Source of the DNA: Candidatus Sulfopaludibacter sp. SbA3
GTDB lineage: Bacteria; Acidobacteriota; Terriglobia; 20CM-2-55-15
Assembly: GCA_945865815.1 (NCBI GenBank)
Contig: CAMBFR010000007.1
Span: forward strand, 3,008-67,007
Direction of reading: 5' to 3'
Length of the DNA: 64,000 nt
Each line of letters begins with the position of its first letter. Within the stretch, counting starts at the first letter, position 1. Below the pieces are notes generated by a model. The model searched no databases. It had not been told where the DNA came from and saw nothing but the letters and a program-made list of their open reading frames with translations. Shown here piece after piece: positions 25,387 to 35,292 of this stretch. Both the position numbers and the translations under genes were made by a program.

Positions 25387-27375
25387 CTATCGTGTGGTCA
25401 GTGTGAGGGGCTGGCCGGCAGGCGAATAGAAGCGCAGGTTTCCGGTGCCGCGCTGTCCTGCCGAGCCGCTGAACACGACGATCTGGGTCGTGAATCCCCC
25501 GGAATCGACGACCTGCGGAAATACAAGATCCGACGGCGAAGGCGCGCTGCTTTCGTTGAAAGCGGGCATTCCGCTCATCAGCAGGACCGGCGAGGATCCT
25601 TCGGTGTAATGGCCGCGGAGGCCCGCGGCGGCGATGCCGGATTCCGAATTGGTCGAAACGCGCAACACCCCCTGAAACGACAACGGAAGTGAAGCGAATC
25701 GGGGAATCTGATTCAAGAACACCGCCGTCTGGCCCCGGGCGGGAACGAGCAGCGACGCCGTGAGTCCCGTGGAGATGCCGTTCATCGTCGTCAGATCGAG
25801 CGTGACGGTTGCGGCATCCGTCCCCGGATTCGCGATCGCCACGCCGGATTGAATCGAGTCCGGACGGCCGCGAGCGAAGTCGCCCGAATTTTCAACATAG
25901 AGACGGAACGCCGAACCGGGCGCACTGCCTTCTATAGTGGATTCCGATACGGTGACGTCACCTACTCGCGCGGAGACGAGCGCGGCTGCCGCCGGTGCAA
26001 CGGCGCCTGAGACCGGGACGATCCGGATCGATCCGCCAACGGTCGTCTCAAATGTGTTTCCGGTTGGAAAACGGCGCGAAGTGCGGGGCGGGATCGAATA
26101 ATTCAGCCGGTTCCTGGGCGCTCCCGCCACGGTCAGAATAAGAGGCTGTCCTTCCGCCGAGAGAAACTCGACGCTGCCGTTCAGTGTGGCGTCGGTCGGG
26201 TTGACGAGCAGAACCTCGGTGGTCGAACCGCCGCCATCGGCGAACATCGGTATGGAAATCGAGCCGCCGGAAGCCGCCGACAGGTCCGTGACCGGCAGCG
26301 GCGCCATGATCAGTTCGGATCGCTCATTGGCCGATCCTCTCATCGCCACGAGCGAGATCGGCGCGCTGGAATTAACCGTGAACGAACGGCTTCGCGAAAT
26401 CGGCATTCCTTTCAGCGTCTGCCGGTAAAAAGGCGCCTGGTCCAGAAATCCCGCCACCTGCGAATTGGGCTCGATCACCGTGCTGCCATGTCCGAAGTTC
26501 GTTCCGCCCTGGTCCGTGAAGTAATACCAGAGCGTTGCAGCCTGGGAATTGGGATTGACGATGGCCACGCTCGTGTTCATGCCATCATCGATCTCGGTGT
26601 AAATACGCGCGGAACGAAGGGACCGGGCAGCGGAAAAGGCGGCCTCACTGACGGTGACATTGTTCTGGCGATAACCCACGATGGCAACCCCGGCTGGAGC
26701 CGGGCTGCCGGGCCCCGGCTGAACGCGGGCGTGACCCATAACGGGCGCGGCGCTGCGATTCGCGGTACCTACGGATACGCCACCGCGGTCCGCGAACGTA
26801 AAGCTTCTGCTGTTCGCCATGATTGCGATGGGAACCGCGGTTTCGGTCGCGTAAATGAAATCGTCCGTATTCGCGTTATTGCCGTTTGCCGCGTTTCCCG
26901 CAAGGTGGAGCCGGATTGTTCCAAGGGCGGCATTCGCGGGAGCGCGATAACTGAACTCATAGCTGTTGGTGCCTCCCGGGCCCGTCCCCACGCTGGTTTG
27001 CCGGATGAATTGAACCTGAGAGCCACCCACAGCCGCAGTCACGATGGCGGTGCGCCCGTCCGCGCCGGGCAGGAACTCGCCGGCCTGCTGTCCGTTGGCG
27101 CCGGTGGCGGAAAGCTGAAAACCCCAGCGTCGAGAGCCCTCGTGCGTGATCGTGACGCGTAACGAATAGGTCTCGCCCGGAAGCCACGCCAGAGGCATGC
27201 CCTCGATCCGCACATTACCCCTGCCGCTGTTCAGCGCATTCGTGCGATGACACGCGGTGCAGTACAGTCCGTCCAGGCCATTCCGGTTGGCAGGCGGCCC
27301 TCCGGCGTTTGCCCACACGAAATTATTCCAGCCGAATGCCAGTACGAAGAATAACGAAAGACCTATCCTCATCAT
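25387..27375 (-). CDS. Secreted protein: N-terminal single-CxxCH domain plus a ~460-aa repeated beta-rich C-terminal module
   Basis: A signal peptide is followed by CTACH at residues 39-43 and WGFQLSA...LHLAGNAANGN. The C-terminal half aligns with the C-terminus of the 35279..39454 product. Confidence 0.7.
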   Translation of the reverse strand: MMRIGLSLFFVLAFGWNNFVWANAGGPPANRNGLDGLYCTACHRTNALNSGRGNVRIEGMPLAWLPGETYSLRVTITHEGSRRWGFQLSATGANGQQAGEFLPGADGRTAIVTAAVGGSQVQFIRQTSVGTGPGGTNSYEFSYRAPANAALGTIRLHLAGNAANGNNANTDDFIYATETAVPIAIMANSRSFTFADRGGVSVGTANRSAAPVMGHARVQPGPGSPAPAGVAIVGYRQNNVTVSEAAFSAARSLRSARIYTEIDDGMNTSVAIVNPNSQAATLWYYFTDQGGTNFGHGSTVIEPNSQVAGFLDQAPFYRQTLKGMPISRSRSFTVNSSAPISLVAMRGSANERSELIMAPLPVTDLSAASGGSISIPMFADGGGSTTEVLLVNPTDATLNGSVEFLSAEGQPLILTVAGAPRNRLNYSIPPRTSRRFPTGNTFETTVGGSIRIVPVSGAVAPAAAALVSARVGDVTVSESTIEGSAPGSAFRLYVENSGDFARGRPDSIQSGVAIANPGTDAATVTLDLTTMNGISTGLTASLLVPARGQTAVFLNQIPRFASLPLSFQGVLRVSTNSESGIAAAGLRGHYTEGSSPVLLMSGMPAFNESSAPSPSDLVFPQVVDSGGFTTQIVVFSGSAGQRGTGNLRFYSPAGQPLTLTTR

Positions 27376-27551
27376 CCCACCCTCCCTTTAGAATCGCGCC
27401 TCGATTGCAGTTCCTATTCCAATGCCAAGTCTTTGATTACAAGTATCTCGAGTTGGTACAGCCGTGCCTGTATCCGGGAAACCAAATAATTTTTATGGAA
27501 TATGAAAGAGTTTCGCAGCTCTCCTTGCCAGCTCGCAACCTCAATTGAGGA

Positions 27552-28223
27552 TTGTTACGGATTTCCCTCATTATGAAGCGGTTCAATGTGACTGAATTGC
27601 GGCGAACAAATGACGATTGTGTTTTTTGGTGTGTGTGTGGGCTAGAATCTCTTGTAGTGAATTTTCTTCGAGAGCTTATTACCAGACCGGCGACGACCGG
27701 CGCTATTGCGCCAAGTTCCCGCTATCTTGCTGAAATAATCGTGGAAGACCTTGATCTTCACACGGCTGACGTTGTCCTCGAATACGGTCCGGGAACCGGT
27801 GTTTTCACGGAGTTCGTTCTGCGCGAATTGAGGCCCGGAGCGAAGTTCGCCGCCATTGAACTGAATCCCCGCTTTGCCAAACTGTTCAAGTCGCGCTATC
27901 CGCTTGTACCGGTGTTTCAGGACAGCGTCACCAACGTGCAAGGCATCTGCGAATCCGCGGGAATGCAATCGGTGGACTGCATCGTGTCCGGATTGCCGTG
28001 GGCCATATTTCCCGAGTCGCTGCAGGTACAGTGTCTCGATCAGATGATGCGCGTGCTGAAGCCGGGCGGACGGTTTGTCACATTCACTTACGTTCCCAGC
28101 CTGGCTCTGGCCGGAGCCAGGCGGTTTGCAAGTATGCTGCCCGATTACTTCAGCGTTGTTTCGAAAAGCCCCGTAGTCTGGTTGAACGTGCCGCCCGCTT
28201 TCGTCTACCGTTGCCAGCGGTAG
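27552..28223 (+). CDS. Class I SAM-dependent methyltransferase (COG3963 phospholipid N-methyltransferase-like)
   Basis: It has RPATTGAIAPSSRYLA and VLEYGPGTGVFT (motif I). The true start may be GTG 27657, since homologous N-termini begin near ...FLRELI. Confidence 0.7.
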   Translation: MLRISLIMKRFNVTELRRTNDDCVFWCVCGLESLVVNFLRELITRPATTGAIAPSSRYLAEIIVEDLDLHTADVVLEYGPGTGVFTEFVLRELRPGAKFAAIELNPRFAKLFKSRYPLVPVFQDSVTNVQGICESAGMQSVDCIVSGLPWAIFPESLQVQCLDQMMRVLKPGGRFVTFTYVPSLALAGARRFASMLPDYFSVVSKSPVVWLNVPPAFVYRCQR

Positions 28224-28234
28224 ACTTCGCTCTT

Positions 28235-28324
28235 CCTGTGGGCGCGGGGCTTCAGCCCCGTGCAAAGTTCAAACGGAAAATTCTTGTTGGAGTCTGGCAC
28301 GGGGTTGAAGCCTCGCGCCCACAG
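28235..28324. repeat. REP-like element family A, paired inverted copy
   Basis: The arms CCTGTGGGCGCGGGGCTTCAGCCCCGTGC (28235..28263) and GCACGGGGTTGAAGCCTCGCGCCCACAG (28297..28324) are inverted repeats around a 33-nt spacer. The element lies between convergent genes. Confidence 0.8.
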
Positions 28325-28328
28325 AACG

Positions 28329-29078
28329 CTAGCGGATGATGCCGGCCGCGGGATCCCGGATTCTCCGGTTAAAGTCCTCTTCCTCCGACGGGACGCACTG
28401 GCTTTCGATGATTTCCGCATTCCGCTGCAGCTTGAAGATCTTGGGTCCGCTCAACAAGGGTTTCGTATACGTCTTCGGATCGGTGATCGTCATCTGAAGC
28501 TCGATCGTCTGGGCATCCACGCGCCGCCACCGCTCCACCAGGCGCATCTGGTCGCTGTGCGGATTGCCGTATTGATCCAGCCAGCTCCTCTCATCGAAGC
28601 CCACCGACTCAATGACGAACGTGTCTCCTTCCCACTTTCCGACTGCATACCCGTGATAGCTGAGATCCGGATTGCCGGGAAGAGCGCGGCCGTCCGTGTA
28701 GATGGTGCGCCATTTGTGGCTCCTCTCGAAGAACTGCACCATCCTGCCGGAAAGCTGGACGAATTCGGTCGGAGTGTCGTACAGCAGGATGCGCGGCACA
28801 CCCATCGGATCGCACTTCCCGATTGGATCGTTGCCCAGCGCCGGAATGATCGCCCGGGGCCCTCGAGATGTCTTATAGGAGTGAAACTTCGCTTCCCCCC
28901 AGGGCGTGAGCGCGGACGGCAGGGCCAAGCTCAGTTCTTCGTTGTAGAAGCGGTACCCTGAAGTCATCCAGACTCCGGACAGGGCATGCGATTCCGCGGC
29001 CGTCTGGGCACTGGCGATGGATGAAAAGAGCAGCGTCGCCGCGACAATAACGAGAACGCCTGTGATGCGGTTCCGCAC
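28329..29078 (-). CDS. Secreted protein of unknown function (paralog of 15875..16606)
   Basis: GTG 29078 lies 7 nt after AAGGAG and yields the signal peptide RNRITGVLVIVAATLLFSSIASAQ. The core is GKWEGDTFVIESVGFDERSWLDQYGNPHSDQMRLVERW. An alternative ATG at 29117 is possible. Confidence 0.6.
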   Translation of the reverse strand: MRNRITGVLVIVAATLLFSSIASAQTAAESHALSGVWMTSGYRFYNEELSLALPSALTPWGEAKFHSYKTSRGPRAIIPALGNDPIGKCDPMGVPRILLYDTPTEFVQLSGRMVQFFERSHKWRTIYTDGRALPGNPDLSYHGYAVGKWEGDTFVIESVGFDERSWLDQYGNPHSDQMRLVERWRRVDAQTIELQMTITDPKTYTKPLLSGPKIFKLQRNAEIIESQCVPSEEEDFNRRIRDPAAGIIR

Positions 29079-29211
29079 GTTCAATCTCCTTATCCTTTGA
29101 GAGTCTCCCGAATTCATAACGAGCTCAGACGGGCATTTTACTTGCGAAGACGGCCCCTGAAACGAATAATTACTCCGTTCAAAGCTGCAGGGCGACAGGA
29201 GAGACAACAAG

Positions 29212-31029
29212 ATGAGTCGACGAATGATTCTGGGCGTGACAGCGCTGATGCTCTCAACAGCCATGTTGATGGCGGCTCCCAGCGACGTGGCAGACGCGGC
29301 GGCGAAGGCGGACGCGGCGGCGGTAAGGACACTCATCGAGCGGAAGGCCGACGTCAACGCCCCTCAGATCGATGGCGCCACAGCGCTCCACTGGGCCGTC
29401 TACCGCGAAAGCCTCGAACTTGTCGACATGCTCATTCGCGCGGGCGCACGGGCGGATGTGGCAAATCGTAACGGAATCACTCCTCTCTACATGGCTTCCC
29501 TGTACGGACAGCCCGCAATTATTGACAGACTTGTAAAGGCGGGCGCCGATGCAAAGAAGCTCGGACCCAACGGCGAAACAATGCTCATGCTTGCCGCCCG
29601 TAACGGCAACCCGGAAGCCATAAAACTCCTGCTTGCAGCGGGCGTGCCTGTCAATGAGAAGGAACCTGTTCGGGCAACAACGGCCTTGATGTGGGCCGCT
29701 GAACAAAGACATCCCGCCGCCGTAAAGGCGTTGATTGACGGGGGAGCGGACCTGAAGGCCCGATCCGGCGCCGCCGGATTGCCGCGAAACTACATGGCAG
29801 CGCGCGTCGACACGGCGGGCGTGGAAGGCAATGCCCAACGCCATGCCGCGGCGGCGGCGGCGGGCAGAACGTACCAGCAACAACTCGAATTCGAAACCGC
29901 CCAGGGAATATTCAATTCAGGCCGCCGCTTTGAGGGGCCTCCGGCCGCTCCAACTGCTCCGGCCGCCGCGGCAGCGCCTGCGCCACCGGTTACTGCAGCG
30001 CCACCCGCTAATGCCGATAACGACAACTCCCCGGAGGTTGTCGTGGCAGGTCTCGTTGGCGGCGGCAGCGGCGGGCTCACGGCCTTGATTCTCGCGGCCC
30101 GCGAAGGTGACATCGAGTCGGCAAGGTTCCTGCTTGACGCGGGGGCCGATGTCAACGAAGTCACCAACTACGGCTGGACGCCATTGTTGACGGCGACCAA
30201 CAACCGGCACTACAGGCTGGGGGTGTTCCTGCTGGAACGCGGAGCGAACCCGAACATCGCCAACAAAGGCGCATGGACTCCGCTTTACCTGGCCACCGAT
30301 AACGCCAACATTGAAGGCGGCGACTATCCAGTGTCAAAAGCGGACATGGATCATCTGGAATACATCAAGGCGCTCCTGGACCACAAAGCCGATCCGAACG
30401 CCCGCATCAAGGACAATACCTTGAGCCGGACGATCTTCACGATGCAGTGGTTCTTCGAATCCGGCGCGACAGCCTTTGTGCGCGCCTCGCAGTCGGGCGA
30501 TACGGCCCTGATGAAACTTCTCCTTTCGTACGGCGCCGACCCGAAGAGCACTACCGATCATGGCGATAACGCGCTGACGGCGGCCGCCGGAGTCGGCTGG
30601 GTTGAGGGAGTCACGTACGAACACTCCTTAAAGGAGAATGTCCAAGCCGTGAAGCTCCTGCTCGACCTGGGTCTCGACCCGAATGTGACAAACCGGGACG
30701 GGCGCACGCCGCTGATGGGAGCGGCAATGAAGGGCAGGAACGAGGTCGTTCAGTTGCTGGCCGACTATGGCGGGAAGCTCGATACCCGCGATAAAGGCAG
30801 CCGCGATACCGAAGACGTGGGTTCAATACTGGCCGGTCATACCTGGCAGGCGCTCGACTATGCCGATGGCCTTGTCCGGGTTGGAGTGCAGTCCGCGATT
30901 CACCGCCCTGAGACCGCGTCACTCATTCGGAAACTGATGGGCGAACGCGGAATGCCCGTGCCGCCAACCAATCGCGTCGTCGAATCCATCTGCATTGTCG
31001 AAATCTGCAAAGAGAGGGTCTGGGATTAA
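29212..31029 (+). CDS. Secreted ankyrin-repeat protein
   Basis: A signal peptide is followed by many ANK units (DGATALHWA..., NGITPLYMA..., GWTPLLTA..., GRTPLMGAA...). These are split by an Ala/Pro-rich low-complexity linker. Confidence 0.85.
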   Translation: MSRRMILGVTALMLSTAMLMAAPSDVADAAAKADAAAVRTLIERKADVNAPQIDGATALHWAVYRESLELVDMLIRAGARADVANRNGITPLYMASLYGQPAIIDRLVKAGADAKKLGPNGETMLMLAARNGNPEAIKLLLAAGVPVNEKEPVRATTALMWAAEQRHPAAVKALIDGGADLKARSGAAGLPRNYMAARVDTAGVEGNAQRHAAAAAAGRTYQQQLEFETAQGIFNSGRRFEGPPAAPTAPAAAAAPAPPVTAAPPANADNDNSPEVVVAGLVGGGSGGLTALILAAREGDIESARFLLDAGADVNEVTNYGWTPLLTATNNRHYRLGVFLLERGANPNIANKGAWTPLYLATDNANIEGGDYPVSKADMDHLEYIKALLDHKADPNARIKDNTLSRTIFTMQWFFESGATAFVRASQSGDTALMKLLLSYGADPKSTTDHGDNALTAAAGVGWVEGVTYEHSLKENVQAVKLLLDLGLDPNVTNRDGRTPLMGAAMKGRNEVVQLLADYGGKLDTRDKGSRDTEDVGSILAGHTWQALDYADGLVRVGVQSAIHRPETASLIRKLMGERGMPVPPTNRVVESICIVEICKERVWD

Positions 31030-31076
31030 CCTCCTCTCATAGATCCCGCGAGCGCAGCCATCAAGTTCATCAATTA

Positions 31077-32015
31077 ATGTTCAACTCCACCCACACGCTC
31101 GCAGGCCTTGTGGTTGCGCGGACGGGATTTGACCGGTGGGTTCCCCACGCGGCGTGGACCGCGGTAATAGCGGCGAACCTGCCCGATATCGACGGCTTCA
31201 CCACGTTCTGGGGCAATCCCACATACATTGAATACCACCGCGGAATCACCCACACGCTGATCGGAGTTCCTGTGCTGGCGCTCGTGCTGGCCACGATCAT
31301 GCACCTGCTGTCGGGCAATTTTAGAAAGCATTTTCTTCTCGCGCTGATCGTGACCGCGACACATCCGCTGCTCGACTTCGCAAACACTTACGGCGTTCGT
31401 CCATTCCTGCCATTTACCGGCCGGTGGTATTACGGCGACACGTTGTTTGTGATCGATCCGTTCCTGGATTTGCTTTTGATCGCAGGACTCCTGGCCAGCG
31501 CATCCGCCATGCCGGTCCGGCGCGAATTAGCCGCATGCATCGCCCTGGTCCTGGTGGCCGGTTATCTTGCCGTTCGAATCGAACTGCGCGACGCGGCTCG
31601 CGTACGCCTGGCCGAGTTCGTGCAACAGGTCCCGGACTATGAGCGATCGGCCGTTCTACCGCGCATGCTGACTCCGCACATTTTTACGGGCCTTGTCGAG
31701 ACGTCGGACGAGATCTTCACTGTGGATCTTGATATTTTCCACGGAGTGGGGACGGAGCTGGTTCGCAAGCAAAAAGTCCCGATGTCCGACATTCTTTCGA
31801 AAGCAGGACTATCACGCACCGGAACCGTCTTCAATGGCTTTGCGCGGTTTCCCCTGGCTCGCATCGACGAAACCGGAGAAGGGTATCGAGTGACATTCAT
31901 TGACCTTCGCTACTACGCCCCGGAGACAGGCACAGGTTTTGGAGGAACCGTCGTCATGGATGAGTCTCTCGAGGTTGTCGATGAAACGATGGGATTCGAC
32001 CAGCCGGTAGACTGA
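31077..32015 (+). CDS. YdjM-type membrane-bound metal-dependent hydrolase (DUF457)
   Basis: It has the N-terminus MFNSTHTLAG, NLPDIDGF and HRGITHTLIG, plus several TM helices. Confidence 0.65.
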   Translation: MFNSTHTLAGLVVARTGFDRWVPHAAWTAVIAANLPDIDGFTTFWGNPTYIEYHRGITHTLIGVPVLALVLATIMHLLSGNFRKHFLLALIVTATHPLLDFANTYGVRPFLPFTGRWYYGDTLFVIDPFLDLLLIAGLLASASAMPVRRELAACIALVLVAGYLAVRIELRDAARVRLAEFVQQVPDYERSAVLPRMLTPHIFTGLVETSDEIFTVDLDIFHGVGTELVRKQKVPMSDILSKAGLSRTGTVFNGFARFPLARIDETGEGYRVTFIDLRYYAPETGTGFGGTVVMDESLEVVDETMGFDQPVD

Positions 32016-32016
32016 C

Positions 32017-32036
32017 CCTGTGGGCGCGCTTCAACC
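32017..32036. repeat. Degenerate half-copy of REP-like family A
   Basis: CCTGTGGGCGCGCTTCAACC shares the CCTGTGGGCGCG...CTTCA core but lacks the GGGG stem segment. Confidence 0.3.
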
Positions 32037-32153
32037 AGCAAGTAGATTGGCCTTCCGTACGGTACAACCTGCACGATCCTTTCTATTCCCTTCCCTGCAA
32101 GTGAGACGCGCCCAAATTTGACATTGGCGCGCCAATTGCTCAGACTACCACTT

Positions 32154-33944
32154 ATGCGAAGAGCGCAACTGGGAGCAATACTCATCCTGTGCAGCGGTTT
32201 CCTGCTGCAGGGCGGCGATCATGATTGTCCGGAATACCCGAATTCGCGTTGGTCTTTCAACCCCGACACGCTGGCACGGAAGGCAGACTACCAGCAGTTG
32301 ATGACACTCCGCCTTACTGAATCCGTTTCCCGCGCGGATCTCATCGGCGCCCCGCCGCGCCAGAATTTCATCGACGACCATATATTCGGGAGGCTTGCGG
32401 CCGAAGGAGTTCAACCGGCAAACCTGGCGAGCGATGAAGCCTTCATGCGCCGCGTCACGATCGACCTGACCGGCCGCCCGCCCGATTACGAGCGGCTTCG
32501 CGGCTTTCTGGCCGATCAAAGCACGACGAAAAAGGACCGCCTGATTGACGAGCTCCTCAGCAGCGAAGCCTTTGTCGACAGGTGGACGTTCTGGCTGGGC
32601 GAAGTCATTCGCAACACCACGGCCTATCCCACAATCACCATGGAGGGGCGAAACGCCCTGCACTTCTACCTGCGCGATGCGATTCAAAATCGCAAACCGT
32701 ACAACAGGATTGTTTCCGAACTCATTCAGGGCAGCGGCAGCAGCAGGACCAATGGACCCGCCAACTTCGTGCTTCGCAATTATTCGACGGCCGATCCCAT
32801 CCACGACACATGGGACGATTACACGGCAAACGTGATGAGCACGTTCCTCGGCATACCGACGTTGTGTGTCTCATGTCACGATGGAGCGCGCCACCTTGAA
32901 CCGATTAATACTTACTTGTCGCAACGAAAGCGCCGCGAGTTCTGGCAGCAGTCGGCATTCGTTTCCAAGGTCGCCATCACCCGAATTCCCCTGGATCCCG
33001 TGGGCCGGAACTTTCAGTACGAAGTTATCGACAGGCCGGCAGGCGCGTACTTCGTGAACACCCGCGGCAATGCCGGTCAACGGCCGTTGCGCAGCGGCGG
33101 TCCATACACGCCGGTGTACATGCTTACGGGCGAGCGGCCGGCAAATGGAAACTACCGTGCCGAACTCGGGCGCATCCTCACATCCGACATTCAGTTTGCC
33201 CGCGCTACGGCGAATCGCGTCTGGGCCCACCTGATGTCGGTTGGAATAGTCGATCCGGTCGATGGATTCGATCCGAACGAGTACGCCACGCAGGCTTCAC
33301 ATCCGGAACTCCTCAACGCGCTCGCGCGCGATTTCACGGAAAACGGGTACGACCTGCGCCAACTCATCCGCCGGATTGCGACCTCGAGCGCCTATCAGCT
33401 CTCGGTGCAATACTCCGGAACATGGAACGAGAACTATCGGCGGTTGTTTGCGCGCAAGCTTGTCCGTCCACTGGAAGCTGAAGAGATTCACGATTCGATC
33501 GTGCAGGCGACCGGTATGCGGAGCCTGCACTTCATCGACGGGTTCAACAATCCCGTGACGTGGGCATCGCAACTGCCCGACACAAACGAGCCGCGGCGCA
33601 ATGGTGAGGCCGTGAATTTCCTCAATGTGTTTGGGCGCGGAAACCGTGTGGAAGGCATTCGCAATCCGGAAAGCTCGATTCTGGGAACCCTCTCGCTGAT
33701 GAACGGCACCTTTGTTACCGCGAAGATCACGGCCCAAGGGAGTTCGAATGTCTCACGGCTCCTGCAGACGCAGACAGCGGACGACCTGTTTATCGACGCT
33801 CTTTTCATGCAGACGCTTTCGCGCCTGCCGTCAGCGGATGAAAAGAGGATCGCCCTTTCGCAGCGCGGCCGCAACCGCACGGAGTGGGCCGAAGACCTGC
33901 AGTGGGCGCTTCTGAACAAGCTGGACTTCCTTTTCAACTACTGA
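32154..33944 (+). CDS. DUF1549 (PSCyt2) + DUF1553 (PSD1) domain protein
   Basis: It has FIDDHIFGRLAAEGVQPANLASDEAFMRRVTIDLTGRPP, a central CVSCHD and the C-terminal WALLNKLDFLFNY. ATG 32154 gives a signal peptide. Confidence 0.8.
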   Translation: MRRAQLGAILILCSGFLLQGGDHDCPEYPNSRWSFNPDTLARKADYQQLMTLRLTESVSRADLIGAPPRQNFIDDHIFGRLAAEGVQPANLASDEAFMRRVTIDLTGRPPDYERLRGFLADQSTTKKDRLIDELLSSEAFVDRWTFWLGEVIRNTTAYPTITMEGRNALHFYLRDAIQNRKPYNRIVSELIQGSGSSRTNGPANFVLRNYSTADPIHDTWDDYTANVMSTFLGIPTLCVSCHDGARHLEPINTYLSQRKRREFWQQSAFVSKVAITRIPLDPVGRNFQYEVIDRPAGAYFVNTRGNAGQRPLRSGGPYTPVYMLTGERPANGNYRAELGRILTSDIQFARATANRVWAHLMSVGIVDPVDGFDPNEYATQASHPELLNALARDFTENGYDLRQLIRRIATSSAYQLSVQYSGTWNENYRRLFARKLVRPLEAEEIHDSIVQATGMRSLHFIDGFNNPVTWASQLPDTNEPRRNGEAVNFLNVFGRGNRVEGIRNPESSILGTLSLMNGTFVTAKITAQGSSNVSRLLQTQTADDLFIDALFMQTLSRLPSADEKRIALSQRGRNRTEWAEDLQWALLNKLDFLFNY

Positions 33945-33951
33945 CGTAAAT

Positions 33952-35292
33952 ATGATTACGCGCAGGCAATTCATAGAGTTCGGATCGAAGACGGTGTCCG
34001 CATGGGCGCTGGCGGATTTCTTCGGGAAGCCCGACGTTTACGCCCAGCTTCCCGTCACGCCGAAGAACACCGCAAAGACCGTCATATTCATTCAAATGCT
34101 TGGCGGCCCGACACACATGGAAACATGGGACATGAAACCCGGCCCATGGAATCCCGCTGACATCGATATCCGGAGCTACGGCGGCGGTGTCACCATGTCG
34201 AATCGCCTGTTCCCCGTGCTCTCGCGCCAGGCGAACGACCTTGTTCTGCTGCGGTCGTGCGAGGCCTGGGATGCGGCGCACGATCGCGCGCAGTATTACC
34301 TCCAGACTTCGTATTCGAAAAACCCCGCGTTTTCGCGCGAACGCCCCAACATCGGCGCGGTGGTTGCGTATGAACTCGAATCGGCGCGGCGGTCTTCCGA
34401 CATTCTGCCGTCCTTCATCGGCATCAACGCCACGCCAATCGGTCCCGGATTCCTTTCGGCGCAGTTCGCCCCGTTCAACGTCCAGTCCGGCGGAAACGGG
34501 ATTCCCACGCTCACGCATCCGCAGGGACGGGATCGCTTTATCCGCCGGTACGGGCTTATGGAAGAGTTGGATCGCAGCCTTCGCACTCGTCCGTACGACA
34601 AGGAAATGGACGACCTCGCCGCGTTCAACAGGTCGGCGAGAGCGCTGATGTATGACCCGGTCGTGGACGGCATGTTCCGTATCAGCACCTCTGAACGCGA
34701 TCGCTACGGCGCCAGCGGTTTTGGAAACGCCTGCATCGTCGCCAGGAACATCGTCAAGGCCGATATGGGAACGCGCTTTCTCACAATCATGCACGGCGGG
34801 TGGGACCAGCACGCCGGTCTTTTCGATACCAATAACGGCGGCAGTCTCTACAACCTTGGCCGCACGTTCGATATGGGCCTTGGCACGCTGATGGAAGACC
34901 TGAAGTCGTCTCCAGCGCCGGCGGGCCGGACGGGCAGCCTCTTCGACAACACCTTGATCATCGCGATGGGCGATTTCGGCAGAACGCCGGGCAATCTCAA
35001 CGTCCGCGGCGGCCGCGATCACTACCGTAATGTCCAGGCGGCGCTCATGGCCGGCGGCGGGGCGCGTGGACCGAAGGCGATAGGGCAGACGGATGCAAAC
35101 GGCGCCCGAATCGTGGACTACGGGTGGTCGCCGCAACGTTCGATCCGTATGGAGGACATCACGGCGACCATGTATTCGGCTCTCGGCATCAACTGGACGA
35201 AGTCGGTTTCCGACACGCCTTCCGGCCGCGACTACGAATACGTGCAGTATGCCCAGTACGGAATCTATCAACCTGTTAATGAAGTTTTCTAA
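33952..35292 (+). CDS. DUF1501 (sulfatase-like) protein with Tat signal
   Basis: The N-terminus is MITRRQFIEFG. It also has GGPTHMETWDMKP, MGDFGRTP and GRDHY. It is the usual partner of DUF1549/DUF1553 genes. Confidence 0.8.
   Translation: MITRRQFIEFGSKTVSAWALADFFGKPDVYAQLPVTPKNTAKTVIFIQMLGGPTHMETWDMKPGPWNPADIDIRSYGGGVTMSNRLFPVLSRQANDLVLLRSCEAWDAAHDRAQYYLQTSYSKNPAFSRERPNIGAVVAYELESARRSSDILPSFIGINATPIGPGFLSAQFAPFNVQSGGNGIPTLTHPQGRDRFIRRYGLMEELDRSLRTRPYDKEMDDLAAFNRSARALMYDPVVDGMFRISTSERDRYGASGFGNACIVARNIVKADMGTRFLTIMHGGWDQHAGLFDTNNGGSLYNLGRTFDMGLGTLMEDLKSSPAPAGRTGSLFDNTLIIAMGDFGRTPGNLNVRGGRDHYRNVQAALMAGGGARGPKAIGQTDANGARIVDYGWSPQRSIRMEDITATMYSALGINWTKSVSDTPSGRDYEYVQYAQYGIYQPVNEVF

Noticed and set aside
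28235-28324. Possible CRISPR array, from the recurrence of the 28-nt palindromic unit
   Set aside because: The copies are inverted rather than direct. They are scattered tens of kb apart, not regularly spaced, and have no cas genes nearby.
35093-35278. Upstream 62 codons of the long ORF 35093..39454
   Set aside because: They overlap the conserved C-terminus of the DUF1501 gene. The signal peptide only appears after ATG 35279.
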